64,000 bases of DNA. It comes from Candidatus Saccharibacteria bacterium UBA1103. Its GTDB lineage: Bacteria; Patescibacteriota; Saccharimonadia; Saccharimonadales; Saccharimonadaceae. Location of the stretch: NCBI GenBank assembly GCA_002313515.1, contig DCBQ01000005.1, positions 16,240 through 80,239 on the forward strand. Reading direction: 5' to 3'. Every line of letters begins with the position of its first letter. Within the stretch, counting starts at the first letter, position 1. The notes under the pieces are model-generated. The model was not told where the DNA came from and made no database searches. It saw nothing but the letters and a program-made list of their open reading frames with translations. The translations under genes and the position numbers were made by a program. Shown here piece after piece: positions 25,260 through 34,490 of the stretch.

Positions 25260-27737
25260 ATGAAGAATTTTGCAGGTAAATTTTTAGGGATTATATCGTT
25301 TTTACTAGCTATGGTGCTCATACCACTGCTTTCTTCTGATCGTGCGGCCGCATTATGGTGTCCAGAAGATGGTAGATGTGAACGGGGTGGAGGACCCAAT
25401 GGTTGGTCTCAGGTTCGGTTGTATGTCAGCGCGTGGGTTGAGGGCGATCGAGTGAGGGCTCGGGCGGAGTACAGAGTAGAAGGGGTCTACGGTAAAAGTC
25501 TTGGTTGTTATCTCAATAGATACGGACAAGGCTATTTGATATATACGTTGCATAATATTGCGCTAACTGCACCAGGACACCCTACTGTTTGGATGACACC
25601 TGTAGAGGGTAATCACCCATCGGGATGGCGCCTTAATCAGAATGGCAATACAAAACGTATTGCCGAATACAATACTATAAGCATCTATAGTCTTGCGCCA
25701 AATGTAAATTATACTGTTTCACTCAATGGAGTTGATACTACTAACGACAGAAGGCATATCTGTTCTATATCATCTGACCCTCTACCTATAGGAACCGGCA
25801 ATGTATCTCGTCGAGCTGTGTGGTCGATTAATGGGCAATCATACATTGGTGTATCCGCAGGAAATGAGAGTGGACGAGACTCTACTGGTCATGTAATCAA
25901 CCGCAAACAGGGTGAAAATGCTATATCCAATGTACGCCCTGGCCAAAAACTACACTGGGATCACGATTTACGCAATGTTGGCCACGATAACATGAGAAGT
26001 AACGAGATTATTGTAAATATAGACCATCAGAATAAAAACTTGATTACCAATCAGTGGTCGGCGCTTTATTCTGATCCGAAAAATGAGAGGCACGGGGGTA
26101 ATGTAAACCAATTGTTCTACGATAGGGGTACAGATATGACGGTGACGCAAAATGAGGTGGGCAACAAAGTTTGCCAACGTGTAGCGTGGGCCGCCGCGTC
26201 ATCTAGTAATAGCGGCTGGGGTCTCGCACGGTATGCGTGTGCGGATGTACCATATAATTATGAACCACCAGATAATCCACCAAACAATAAAAAGTCTGGC
26301 GTTTATGCGACGTCCAGTGGTAATGGTGATGTATTTATGGGTGATGATGTACCCTTCAAGTATCATGTTGTGAATCGCGCCAAGTCCGACACCAAGACCA
26401 AAAACATGCCATACCGTATTTATACTTTTACTTTGAAGGATAAAGCTGGGGACATCCCAAATGATACAACTATTGGTTGTTCACCTGTGGGTGGAGGTGA
26501 CGAAGATCCAGGCTGTTTAGTTGATCGATCGGGAAGTGACCATTTTGGTAATGCAACACCTGACAAGCGTTTTGGCAGTAATGTTAGATACTGGACTGTT
26601 CAAAAGTCTGGCAATACGAACAATATCAATCCTAATAGCTCACAAACTCTCGATGCGACTGTTCAGTTGCGCACAGATAACGCATGGAGGGACACGCAGC
26701 CAGGCGATCGCGTATGTACTTACATCGCGGTTGACCAATGGGCGGTGACGAATAATGTGGATGATAACCGCGTGCGCCTGTCTAAAGTATCTTGTTATGA
26801 TGTGGGCAAGAAGCCGCAGCTACAGATTCGTGGTGGTGATTCAAAGTCGCAGGATGGGTTCGAGGGTTCAACGTTCAAATCAACTAATATAAACCCAAGC
26901 AACAAAAAGCGTGGCTCATTTAGCCAATATGGACTGATATCGCTAAATAATTCTGTTAGCAATTTTGGCTCGGCTGGCTATGTGTCGGCTAGTGGCAGCG
27001 ATACTGCGTTTATTAATAATTGGTGTAAACTAATATATGCTAATGCATCGAGCACTGGTGGTATAGGATCTGCTTGTGGCGGCATCGGCAACTTCGATAA
27101 TGGATCAGGGTCGTATACACCAGGAATGCCAACGATTGACGATAGTAAGGCTACTACTATAAATGGAGAGATAGATCTGTCTAGCTTAAACAGTGGGTTA
27201 TACAAGGTCGATGGCGTCGCAAATATCAGCGGTTCATTGCGACAAGGTGTAAATGCGATCGTCAAGGTCAATGGTAATGCTTATATAAATAGTAATATCG
27301 GAAGTGATCAGGTGTATGCTAATCTAGAGGATGTACCTAATCTGACACTATATGTTACAGGGAGCTTAATAGTTAGTAGCCCAGTCACCCGGATCGACGC
27401 AACCCTGATTACAAATAAGTTAATGACTTGTGCTTCGCATAGCTACGACTGGGGTATTGCACATGGTTACGATAGATGTAATGTTCAGCTAAAAATTAAT
27501 GGTTCTGTCATCTCAACTGGTACTGGCAATAGCCTGCTATTTCAGCGCACATTTGGTGGAGGCAATAATTATGATGCCATTTATGCATTGTCGGACAGTA
27601 ATAGCGCTTGGTTACCGTCCGAAGTTATTAACCTGTCGCCGAATGCCTTCTTGGTTCCATATATTAAATATAGTAATGACAGGACTATTAATACTTACCG
27701 CGTGATATCTGTTAGTTCCTTGCCAGCACGCTACTAA
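25260..27737 (+). CDS. Large secreted protein of unknown function (825 aa)
   Basis: AGGAG lies 6 nt before ATG 25260. Signal peptide MKNFAGKFLGIISFLLAMVLIPLL..AAA. N/G/S-rich, multiple Cys, no domain I can name. Lower GC than the flanking genes. Confidence 0.6.
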   Translation: MKNFAGKFLGIISFLLAMVLIPLLSSDRAAALWCPEDGRCERGGGPNGWSQVRLYVSAWVEGDRVRARAEYRVEGVYGKSLGCYLNRYGQGYLIYTLHNIALTAPGHPTVWMTPVEGNHPSGWRLNQNGNTKRIAEYNTISIYSLAPNVNYTVSLNGVDTTNDRRHICSISSDPLPIGTGNVSRRAVWSINGQSYIGVSAGNESGRDSTGHVINRKQGENAISNVRPGQKLHWDHDLRNVGHDNMRSNEIIVNIDHQNKNLITNQWSALYSDPKNERHGGNVNQLFYDRGTDMTVTQNEVGNKVCQRVAWAAASSSNSGWGLARYACADVPYNYEPPDNPPNNKKSGVYATSSGNGDVFMGDDVPFKYHVVNRAKSDTKTKNMPYRIYTFTLKDKAGDIPNDTTIGCSPVGGGDEDPGCLVDRSGSDHFGNATPDKRFGSNVRYWTVQKSGNTNNINPNSSQTLDATVQLRTDNAWRDTQPGDRVCTYIAVDQWAVTNNVDDNRVRLSKVSCYDVGKKPQLQIRGGDSKSQDGFEGSTFKSTNINPSNKKRGSFSQYGLISLNNSVSNFGSAGYVSASGSDTAFINNWCKLIYANASSTGGIGSACGGIGNFDNGSGSYTPGMPTIDDSKATTINGEIDLSSLNSGLYKVDGVANISGSLRQGVNAIVKVNGNAYINSNIGSDQVYANLEDVPNLTLYVTGSLIVSSPVTRIDATLITNKLMTCASHSYDWGIAHGYDRCNVQLKINGSVISTGTGNSLLFQRTFGGGNNYDAIYALSDSNSAWLPSEVINLSPNAFLVPYIKYSNDRTINTYRVISVSSLPARY

Positions 27738-27816
27738 TGTGGTAATATTACTACTGTAATATTAACCTGCTGCGGCGATCGACATGTTGGCTGCGGCTTA
27801 ATCCAGAGGAGGACAT

Positions 27817-28191
27817 GTGTCAGAATCTACAAAGAGCTATGAGCTAGTCGTGTTATTCCGCGCCGAGCTAGAAGCTAAAATGGACGCCCCACTAAAGACC
27901 GTGGCGGATCTAGTTGCGGCTAATGGCGGTAAAATTGTCAGTGACGATAACTGGGGCCGTAAGGAGTTGGCATACAAGATTGAGGGTGAAACTCATGCGA
28001 TTTATCATTTGTATCGCCTAGAGCTACCGGCAACTGCGCCAGCTAAGATTGAGGCTAGCTTAAATATCAACAACGATGTTATTCGTCACCTGTTAACTAA
28101 GGTTGATGCTAAGGCTGAAGCAGCAATCGCTGAGGATAAGGCTCGTCGTGCGGCGCGTGAAGCTGCTAAGGCTGAGCGTGACGATAAATAG
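27817..28191 (+). CDS. rpsF: 30S ribosomal protein S6
   Basis: GTG start with SD GAGGAGG. ..YELVVLFRAELE...WGRKELAYKI... rpsF-ssb-rpsR order is conserved. Confidence 0.9.
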   Translation: MSESTKSYELVVLFRAELEAKMDAPLKTVADLVAANGGKIVSDDNWGRKELAYKIEGETHAIYHLYRLELPATAPAKIEASLNINNDVIRHLLTKVDAKAEAAIAEDKARRAAREAAKAERDDK

Positions 28192-28250
28192 TTGCTCAAT
28201 AACTAAACGAGGGTAATATTTCGGATTAGTCCGAATGGAAAGAAGGGAAT

Positions 28251-28685
28251 ATGGCATTTAGCAACATTGTGATTCAGGGCAATTTAACTGCTGATCCAGA
28301 TCAGCGCACCACGCCAAGTGGTCGGGCGCTAACTAGTTTTAGTGTAGCTGTTAATAGCCGCACAGGCAATAATGAGTCAACCGACTATTACAATTGTACC
28401 TGCTGGGATGAACGCCGTGGCGGATTAATCGCAAAATACTTTACAAAAGGTCGACCGATTATCGTAAGCGGCAGCTTGTCTACCCATACCTATACGGGTC
28501 GCGACGGCTCGCAGCGTACAAGCCTGGACGTTAACGTTGATAATTTTGGCTTTGTTGGTTCGCAGCGCGATGCTGAAGCTGCTAACGGTGCCGCACCAGC
28601 TCCAGCTGCGTCTGACGCCAATGCTGCACCAATTGACAGTGGCAGCCTAGACGATGGTATTAAAATCGACGATATTCCTTTCTAA
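28251..28685 (+). CDS. ssb: Single-stranded DNA-binding protein
   Basis: OB fold (..NIVIQGNLTADPDQRTTPSG..), a Gly/Ala/Pro-rich linker and the acidic tail DDIPF. Confidence 0.9.
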   Translation: MAFSNIVIQGNLTADPDQRTTPSGRALTSFSVAVNSRTGNNESTDYYNCTCWDERRGGLIAKYFTKGRPIIVSGSLSTHTYTGRDGSQRTSLDVNVDNFGFVGSQRDAEAANGAAPAPAASDANAAPIDSGSLDDGIKIDDIPF

Positions 28686-28707
28686 TAACTAATGTTCAAG
28701 GAGAATT

Positions 28708-28902
28708 ATGAAGAAGTTTAAGAAGCAATCACCAAAGTATTTCGATTACAAGGATGCCGATAACCTACGTCGCTATACCGACAGTTACGGCCAGATCGAA
28801 CCACGCAGTAAGACTGGCTTGAGCGCCAATTCACAGCGCAACCTAGCGGTCGCTATCAAGCGTGCGCGCCACATCGCACTACTACCATTTGTGGCAAACT
28901 AG
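28708..28902 (+). CDS. rpsR: 30S ribosomal protein S18
   Basis: 64 aa. ..[51 protein letters not shown]... Confidence 0.9.
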   Translation: MKKFKKQSPKYFDYKDADNLRRYTDSYGQIEPRSKTGLSANSQRNLAVAIKRARHIALLPFVAN

Positions 28903-28987
28903 TTAATAATTAATCAGTTAAACGGCAGAAGGTAAACTAAATTTTTTTGGGTTTATGCCTCTGCTGTTTTCTGGAAAGGGGAACAGC

Positions 28988-29551
28988 ATGTATAGTCCAA
29001 CTGACCTAAAGAAGGGTCGTCTAATTAATTTGAATAACGAGCCATATCGCGTCGTCGATTATGGCCAGAAGGTGATGGGCCGTGGTGGCTCTATCGTGAC
29101 CGTCAAGATCAAGAGTCTAGTTAGTGGTAATGTCCTAACTAAGACCTATAAGGGCGATCAGAAGATTGAGGCGGCGAGCGTGGAAACGCAGCCGGCGCAG
29201 TACCTATATAGCGACAATGATACGGTTTACTTTATGAACCCTGAGACATACGATCAGTTCGAGCTACCACTCGAGGACGCTGAGGATGTGCCGCAGTATA
29301 TGCGCGAAGGTGCTGAGGTGCAGCTACAGTTCTTTGACGGCAAGGTAATCGCCGTGGATCTGCCGACCACTGTGCCGCTAAAGGTGGTGGATGCACCGGA
29401 CGTTGTGAAGGGCGACACAACCAGCAGCGTACAGAAGGAAGCGACTACAGAAACTGGCCTAAAGGTCAAGACTCCAGCCTTCATTAAGGAAGGTGACGTT
29501 ATCAAGGTTGATACCCGCGACGGTCACTATGTTGAGCGCGTCAAGGAGTAG
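28988..29551 (+). CDS. efp: Elongation factor P (Arg at the loop-tip position)
   Basis: Start moved to MYSPTDLKKG (SD AAGGGGA). Gapless alignment to E. coli EF-P (from memory) puts R32 (VMGRGGS) at the K34 position. Confidence 0.85.
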   Translation: MYSPTDLKKGRLINLNNEPYRVVDYGQKVMGRGGSIVTVKIKSLVSGNVLTKTYKGDQKIEAASVETQPAQYLYSDNDTVYFMNPETYDQFELPLEDAEDVPQYMREGAEVQLQFFDGKVIAVDLPTTVPLKVVDAPDVVKGDTTSSVQKEATTETGLKVKTPAFIKEGDVIKVDTRDGHYVERVKE

Positions 29552-29553
29552 CC

Positions 29554-30291
29554 TTGTCAGAAACTAAGGTAAAAGGCGAGAGACTAGACCGAGTGTTAAC
29601 GGCACTAGGTCTAGTCTCTTCGCGTTCTCAAGCCGAAAGCTATATTCGCTTAGGTCGCGTGACGGTCGGTGGTAGGGTAATTAGTAAACCAGGGTTCTTC
29701 GTGAAAGAGCCATCGCAGGTGCGGCTGAATCAGGACGAGCAGTTCGTTTCGCGCGCGGGACTGAAATTAAAATCGGTGGCGCAGAAGCTAAAATTGAATT
29801 TTAAAGATAAGGTGGTGTTGGACGTGGGTTCAAGCACTGGTGGCTTTACTGATTTTGCACTCAGTCGTGGGGCGGTGAAGTCAATTTGTGTGGACGTGGG
29901 TACCGATCAGCTACATCCAAAATTACGAGCCGATTCTAGAGTGGAACTGCACGAAAAGACCGATATACGTGATTTTCGCACGGATCAGCATATAGATATT
30001 ATTGTAATTGACGTTTCCTTTATTAGTCTAAGGGAAATCCTGCCGTATTTAGCTAAGTATTTGGCAAGTAGTGATACACAGATCGTGGCCATGGTGAAGC
30101 CGCAGTTCGAGGTAGGTGAGAAGATGAAAGCGCATGGTGTGATTAAGAATGACGCCGAGCGGCGCCAGATCTTGCGTGATTTTGAGCAATGGTCGCGGCG
30201 ATATTTCTTAATTCGTAATAAGGCCGATAGCGACATCCCTGGCGCCAAGGGCAACCGAGAGCGGTTTTATCTATTAAATAAAATTAAATAA
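29554..30291 (+). CDS. tlyA: TlyA-family rRNA 2'-O-methyltransferase
   Basis: TTG start with SD AAGGAG. S4-like N-terminus (..RLDRVLTALGLVSSRSQAESYI..) and an FtsJ-type SAM fold (..VLDVGSSTGGFTD..). Confidence 0.8.
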   Translation: MSETKVKGERLDRVLTALGLVSSRSQAESYIRLGRVTVGGRVISKPGFFVKEPSQVRLNQDEQFVSRAGLKLKSVAQKLKLNFKDKVVLDVGSSTGGFTDFALSRGAVKSICVDVGTDQLHPKLRADSRVELHEKTDIRDFRTDQHIDIIVIDVSFISLREILPYLAKYLASSDTQIVAMVKPQFEVGEKMKAHGVIKNDAERRQILRDFEQWSRRYFLIRNKADSDIPGAKGNRERFYLLNKIK

Positions 30292-30292
30292 A

Positions 30293-30352
30293 GTCCCGCC
30301 CTATAAAGGGCGGGCAAGCAGGCGTGATAGCGCCGCTGGGTGGGTTTTATTC
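30293..30352 (+). repeat. Two-hairpin palindromic element, (+) copy, between convergent tlyA and ychF
   Basis: GTCCCGCCC-TATAAA-GGGCGGGC AAGCAGGCG-TGATA-GCGCCGCTGGGTGGGTTTTATTCACTTCT. Confidence 0.9.
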
Positions 30353-30357
30353 ACTTC

Positions 30358-31473
30358 TTAAACATTAAACCTAAATTCGACCACGTCGTCAGGTTGCATG
30401 ACATAGGTCTTGCCTTCGGTGCGGACTTTACCAGCGGCGCGAGCAGCGGCCTCGGAACCAGCGGCGACTAGATCGCGATAGGATACCACCTGGGCGGCAA
30501 TAAAACCACGCTCGAAATCGGTATGGATGACACCAGCGGCCTGTGGCGCGGTCCAGCCCTTGTGGATGGTCCAGGCGCGGACCTCTTTTGGACCGGCGGT
30601 TAGATAGGATTGCAATCCCAGGGTGTCATAGGCGGCACGAATTAGCTGAGTCAAACCAGATTCCTTGACGCCGTAATCGGCTAGCAGCTCACTAGCCTCG
30701 ACCTCAGACAGCTCTCTAATTTCACTCTCTAGCTCAGCGCTAACGAAAATGGCTTTAATCTGGTCGGGTGTCTCACCAGTAGCCTTGGCGGCCAGATTTT
30801 TTAGCTCGTTCTGGCGATCAGTATCGGTTAAGCCGTTCTCATCCACGTTAAAGGCGTAGATTACCGGCAGGGCAGAGAGCAGGGCGAGGCCATCTAATTT
30901 TTCTTTTAACTCCTCGCGGTTGAATTCGTTGAACTCAACTGGGCGCTTACCTTCTAGCAATTGGCCTTGTACGGCTTCAAAGAAAGCGACTTTCTCGCGT
31001 AGCTTCGGGTTGGACTTGGCTTCTTTCTGTAGTTTTGGCAAGTGCTTTTCAATGGTTGCGACATCAGCTAGGGCTAACTCAGTATTAATAACCTCAATGT
31101 CGCCCTGGGGATCAATCTTAGTAGTGCCATCGGCACGCTGAATTGAGTCACTCTCGAAAGCGCGTACCACGTGGCAGATGGCGTCACATTCGCGGATATT
31201 GGCCAGGAACTTGTTGCCCAGGCCTTCGCCCTTGCTGGCGCCAGCGACCAGTCCCGCCACATCTACAAATTCGACAGTAGCTGGGATGATTTTATCAGTC
31301 TGATACATTTTGGCTAGGACATCTAGGCGCTTGTCCGGCACTGGCACGATACCAGTGTTGGGCTCGATGGTGGCAAAAGGGTAATTGGCCGCCAGTACCT
31401 CAGAGTTGGTGAGGGCATTGAATAAGGTGGACTTACCGACGTTGGGCAGTCCGACGATTGCAATCTTTAACAT
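30358..31473 (-). CDS. ychF: Ribosome-binding ATPase YchF
   Basis: 371 aa. G1 motif GLPNVGKST, a TGS-like C-terminus and ..[11 protein letters not shown] at the end. Confidence 0.9.
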   Translation of the reverse strand: MLKIAIVGLPNVGKSTLFNALTNSEVLAANYPFATIEPNTGIVPVPDKRLDVLAKMYQTDKIIPATVEFVDVAGLVAGASKGEGLGNKFLANIRECDAICHVVRAFESDSIQRADGTTKIDPQGDIEVINTELALADVATIEKHLPKLQKEAKSNPKLREKVAFFEAVQGQLLEGKRPVEFNEFNREELKEKLDGLALLSALPVIYAFNVDENGLTDTDRQNELKNLAAKATGETPDQIKAIFVSAELESEIRELSEVEASELLADYGVKESGLTQLIRAAYDTLGLQSYLTAGPKEVRAWTIHKGWTAPQAAGVIHTDFERGFIAAQVVSYRDLVAAGSEAAARAAGKVRTEGKTYVMQPDDVVEFRFNV

Positions 31474-31479
31474 GACTTA

Positions 31480-31488
31480 ATTATAGCA
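31480..31488 (-). promoter_or_regulatory. Extended -10 box (TGcTATAAT), 6 nt upstream of ychF ATG; leaderless
   Basis: Minus strand reads TGCTATAAT-TAAGTC-ATG. Confidence 0.6.
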
Positions 31489-31575
31489 CCTAAGTGCTAT
31501 CTTATTGCCGGTGGAGATACAAAAATCCAGGCGGGTATAAAAATGCGCTATGTTGAATAATTTAATGCGTTTATG

Positions 31576-31581
31576 TATAAT
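31576..31581 (+). promoter_or_regulatory. -10 box TATAAT, 6 nt upstream of pilM ATG; leaderless
   Basis: TGTATAAT-TGAGAT-ATG. Confidence 0.55.
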
Positions 31582-31587
31582 TGAGAT

Positions 31588-32631
31588 ATGAATTTTGGGA
31601 AGTCGGTGGGTAGCTTCTTTAGCCTCGATATCGGAACAGCCGCGGTTCGTGCGATCGAGTTGGCTCACTCTAATAGCGGTTGGAACCTACTGCATTATGG
31701 CGTTAAGCCAATAGATGTGCGGCTAAGTGAGTCGACAGCCGACGCGGATCGGCGTGCGCTGGGCATTGCGATTACCGATGTGATTTCGCAGGCTGGCATC
31801 AAGAGTAAGAAGGTCGCAATCGGTGTTCCCTCAAATAAGATGTTTTCATCGGTAGTAGAGATTCCTACAGTCTCGCGCCAGGAAATGAATGCTACGATTA
31901 AATACCAGGCAGAAAACTACGTACCAATGCGTGCTGATGAAGCTAAAATTGACTGGGCTATAATTGGCCAATCAGTTAATGACCCACAGAATACTGAAGT
32001 GCTGATTGCAGCTGTACAAAATAGCTATACAGAATCGCGATTAGATCTAATTGAAGGTCTCGGACTAGATGTAATCGCAATTGAACCTGAATCACTGGCA
32101 ATTGTTCGTTCCTTGCTACCAGATGGTGTAACTGACGGACGTATGATTATCGATATGGGCGATCGAGCTACTGATATTATTTTGACTATTGGATCGGCGC
32201 CACGCCTAATTCGTTCGGTGCCAATTGGCTTTAGCACCTTTGTACGTATGGCTAAACAGAATCTGAACATCGAGATGCAGCAAGCACGTCAACTTATATT
32301 GAAATTCGGCCTCAATCCCAATAACTTGGAGGGGCAGATTGTGCGGGCGGTTCAGCCAGCGGTTGATCAACTCAAGTCGGAGCTTGTAAAGTCCTTAAAG
32401 TACTTTACGGCTAAGTACCCCAAGTCATCTATTGGTGGCACGCTTATTAGTGGTTACGTATCTGTCCTGCCGGGATTCTCAGATATAATTGCCGGTTCTA
32501 CTAATACGCAGGTACAGATTGCCACCCCATGGCAGCATGTTAACGTACCAGCTTCGGCACAGGCTGGTTTGGCGCCAATTAGCTCGCAACTAGCAGTGGC
32601 GGTTGGTCTAGCAGAAAGGACGGGTCTATAA
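31588..32631 (+). CDS. pilM: Type IV pilus assembly protein PilM (actin-like ATPase fold)
   Basis: 347 aa. ..FSLDIGTAAVRAIEL.. at the N-terminus. First gene of the pilMNO-type block. Confidence 0.8.
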   Translation: MNFGKSVGSFFSLDIGTAAVRAIELAHSNSGWNLLHYGVKPIDVRLSESTADADRRALGIAITDVISQAGIKSKKVAIGVPSNKMFSSVVEIPTVSRQEMNATIKYQAENYVPMRADEAKIDWAIIGQSVNDPQNTEVLIAAVQNSYTESRLDLIEGLGLDVIAIEPESLAIVRSLLPDGVTDGRMIIDMGDRATDIILTIGSAPRLIRSVPIGFSTFVRMAKQNLNIEMQQARQLILKFGLNPNNLEGQIVRAVQPAVDQLKSELVKSLKYFTAKYPKSSIGGTLISGYVSVLPGFSDIIAGSTNTQVQIATPWQHVNVPASAQAGLAPISSQLAVAVGLAERTGL

Positions 32632-32632
32632 A

Positions 32633-33511
32633 ATGTCAGTTCCACAATTAAATTTATTACCTGACGTAAAAAAAGATCTAATCAAAGCGCAGATTCTCCG
32701 TAATCTGACGGTTAGTGTTAGCTTTATTATAGTCTGCGTGGCTGGCGGCATTATATTTCTGATGCTGAGCTGGTGGGGCGTATCTGTTGGCTTGAAGGCT
32801 GTTTCTGAAGGTAATATCAAGAAGTACGAAAACCAGATTAAGAGCGCTCAGAACGATAAGAACAAGAGTCTCAATGAATATCTAACGATTCAGAACGACC
32901 TTAGTCAAATAGCCAGCGTGAAGAGCCAGCAGGAGCAAATGTCACGGATCTTTCAATATATCCTGTCGGTTAGTCCTGCAGGGCGTAACTACATGACGAT
33001 TAGCTCAATGAAGGTTAGCGGCAGTGCGGCGGCGACGTCTGATACAGATACAAGTCAGACAGGTACGATTGTAGTTGAGGGTCGTACTGTAGATTACGCA
33101 GCACTAGATGTAATCAAGCTGACTATGCAACGAGCTAAGATTGAGTATACGGAGGGTGATGATAGCTCAGCCGACGGTGACTCGAGTAACTCGAGCGAAA
33201 ATTCAGACGGCTCGAGTAATAGTACTAAAACAGCTAAACTCTTCACGAATGTACAATTAAGTGGTGTTACTATGTCTGGTGATTCAGGTGATCAGGGTGG
33301 TAGAGTTGGCTTTACCCTGACTTTAACGTATAACCCAGTATCTTTAGCTTATACAACCAAGAATGCGAAGGTTGTTGTGCCAAAGGAAACTATTTCTGAC
33401 TCCCGCGAGAATACTCCTGGCGTAGATAATAGTGCAAATAGCAGTAAGCCACTATTTAACGGTACATCTCAGGATGGTAAGGATAATAGCAAGGAGGGGT
33501 CGAATGAGTAG
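32633..33511 (+). CDS. pilN: PilN-like pilus assembly protein with a Ser/Asp-rich linker
   Basis: N-terminal ..QLNLLPDVKK.. followed by a TM helix is typical of PilN. Low-complexity DSSADGDSSNSSENSDGSSNS segment. Confidence 0.6.
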   Translation: MSVPQLNLLPDVKKDLIKAQILRNLTVSVSFIIVCVAGGIIFLMLSWWGVSVGLKAVSEGNIKKYENQIKSAQNDKNKSLNEYLTIQNDLSQIASVKSQQEQMSRIFQYILSVSPAGRNYMTISSMKVSGSAAATSDTDTSQTGTIVVEGRTVDYAALDVIKLTMQRAKIEYTEGDDSSADGDSSNSSENSDGSSNSTKTAKLFTNVQLSGVTMSGDSGDQGGRVGFTLTLTYNPVSLAYTTKNAKVVVPKETISDSRENTPGVDNSANSSKPLFNGTSQDGKDNSKEGSNE

Positions 33512-34232
33512 TGATGGCAAGTCATTAACTGGCGTACGTAAGCGTCAACAGATCGATAGCACTCGTAAGCAGGTAGTATTTTGGGTTGCTGCGGCTGGTT
33601 GCTGCGTTGTAATTGCACTGATTGCTGGCGTGCGTCTGTGGCAAAAGATTCAGTACCAGAACAAGGTTAATAGTCAGCTGCAAACAGCTGAGAAGACTCT
33701 AAAGTCTAACGTTTCTGCAATAGATTTAATTCGTACTAATGTTGACGCTCTAAAGTCAAATGAACAGCTAAACCTATCGCAATTAAAATCTGACGACCAG
33801 TCGCCACTGCAGGTAGTTTTGGATGCTATGCCAACTCAGGATAACCGCGTAGCACTTGGCTCAGCTTTGCAGGATAAGGTTCTATCGCTGCACGGTGCAA
33901 CTATTCAGAGTTTGACGGTAGTTTCCGACGATACCTCATCGTCATCTACGGATACTACGACGTCTAGTGACTCTTCCTCTAGCTCTTCCACTGGCGGGTC
34001 TAGCTTGAATGTTGCGGCAGTGCCGATCGAATTCTCCGTTGAACTATCTGGAGACTATAATTCGATTCAGAAGACGGTTGAAGATATGGAACGGTCAATT
34101 CGTACAATTATTATTAATAGTATGACGATTGATGGTACAGACGATAAGCTATCGGCTAAAATTGTGGCTACAACCTATTATACGCCAAAGATTAACTATA
34201 AGACGTCGACAACTGAGGTGAAGGAGGATTAA
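33504..34232 (+). CDS. pilO: PilO-like pilus assembly protein
   Basis: Start moved to MSSDGKSL (SD AAGGAGGGG; overlaps the pilN stop). TM, coiled coil, S/T-rich linker, C-terminal domain. The call rests on position and architecture. Confidence 0.5.
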   Translation: MSSDGKSLTGVRKRQQIDSTRKQVVFWVAAAGCCVVIALIAGVRLWQKIQYQNKVNSQLQTAEKTLKSNVSAIDLIRTNVDALKSNEQLNLSQLKSDDQSPLQVVLDAMPTQDNRVALGSALQDKVLSLHGATIQSLTVVSDDTSSSSTDTTTSSDSSSSSSTGGSSLNVAAVPIEFSVELSGDYNSIQKTVEDMERSIRTIIINSMTIDGTDDKLSAKIVATTYYTPKINYKTSTTEVKED

Positions 34233-34233
34233 T

Positions 34234-34488
34234 ATGAAGAAATCAGATATTGCATTAATTGTCTTGATCGTCGGTATCGTTGGGTTTATTGCTTATTATG
34301 CAATTGATATGGTGCTACCACCAGTCAGTAAGTCTTTACAGTCGGTGCCTAAGGCTGACGCCTTTAGTACATCTATTGTTGATCCTGATAAATCAGTGTT
34401 CAACGAAAATGGTATTAATCCGACAGTTGAGTCGACTATCGGTAGTGACGGCTCTAGTACTCAGGTATTTAAAACGGGAGATGAATAG
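34234..34488 (+). CDS. Small single-TM protein in the pilus operon
   Basis: 84 aa with N-terminal TM IALIVLIVGIVGFIAYYAI. Tightly packed between the pilO-like gene and pilB. Confidence 0.5.
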   Translation: MKKSDIALIVLIVGIVGFIAYYAIDMVLPPVSKSLQSVPKADAFSTSIVDPDKSVFNENGINPTVESTIGSDGSSTQVFKTGDE

Positions 34489-34490
34489 CT

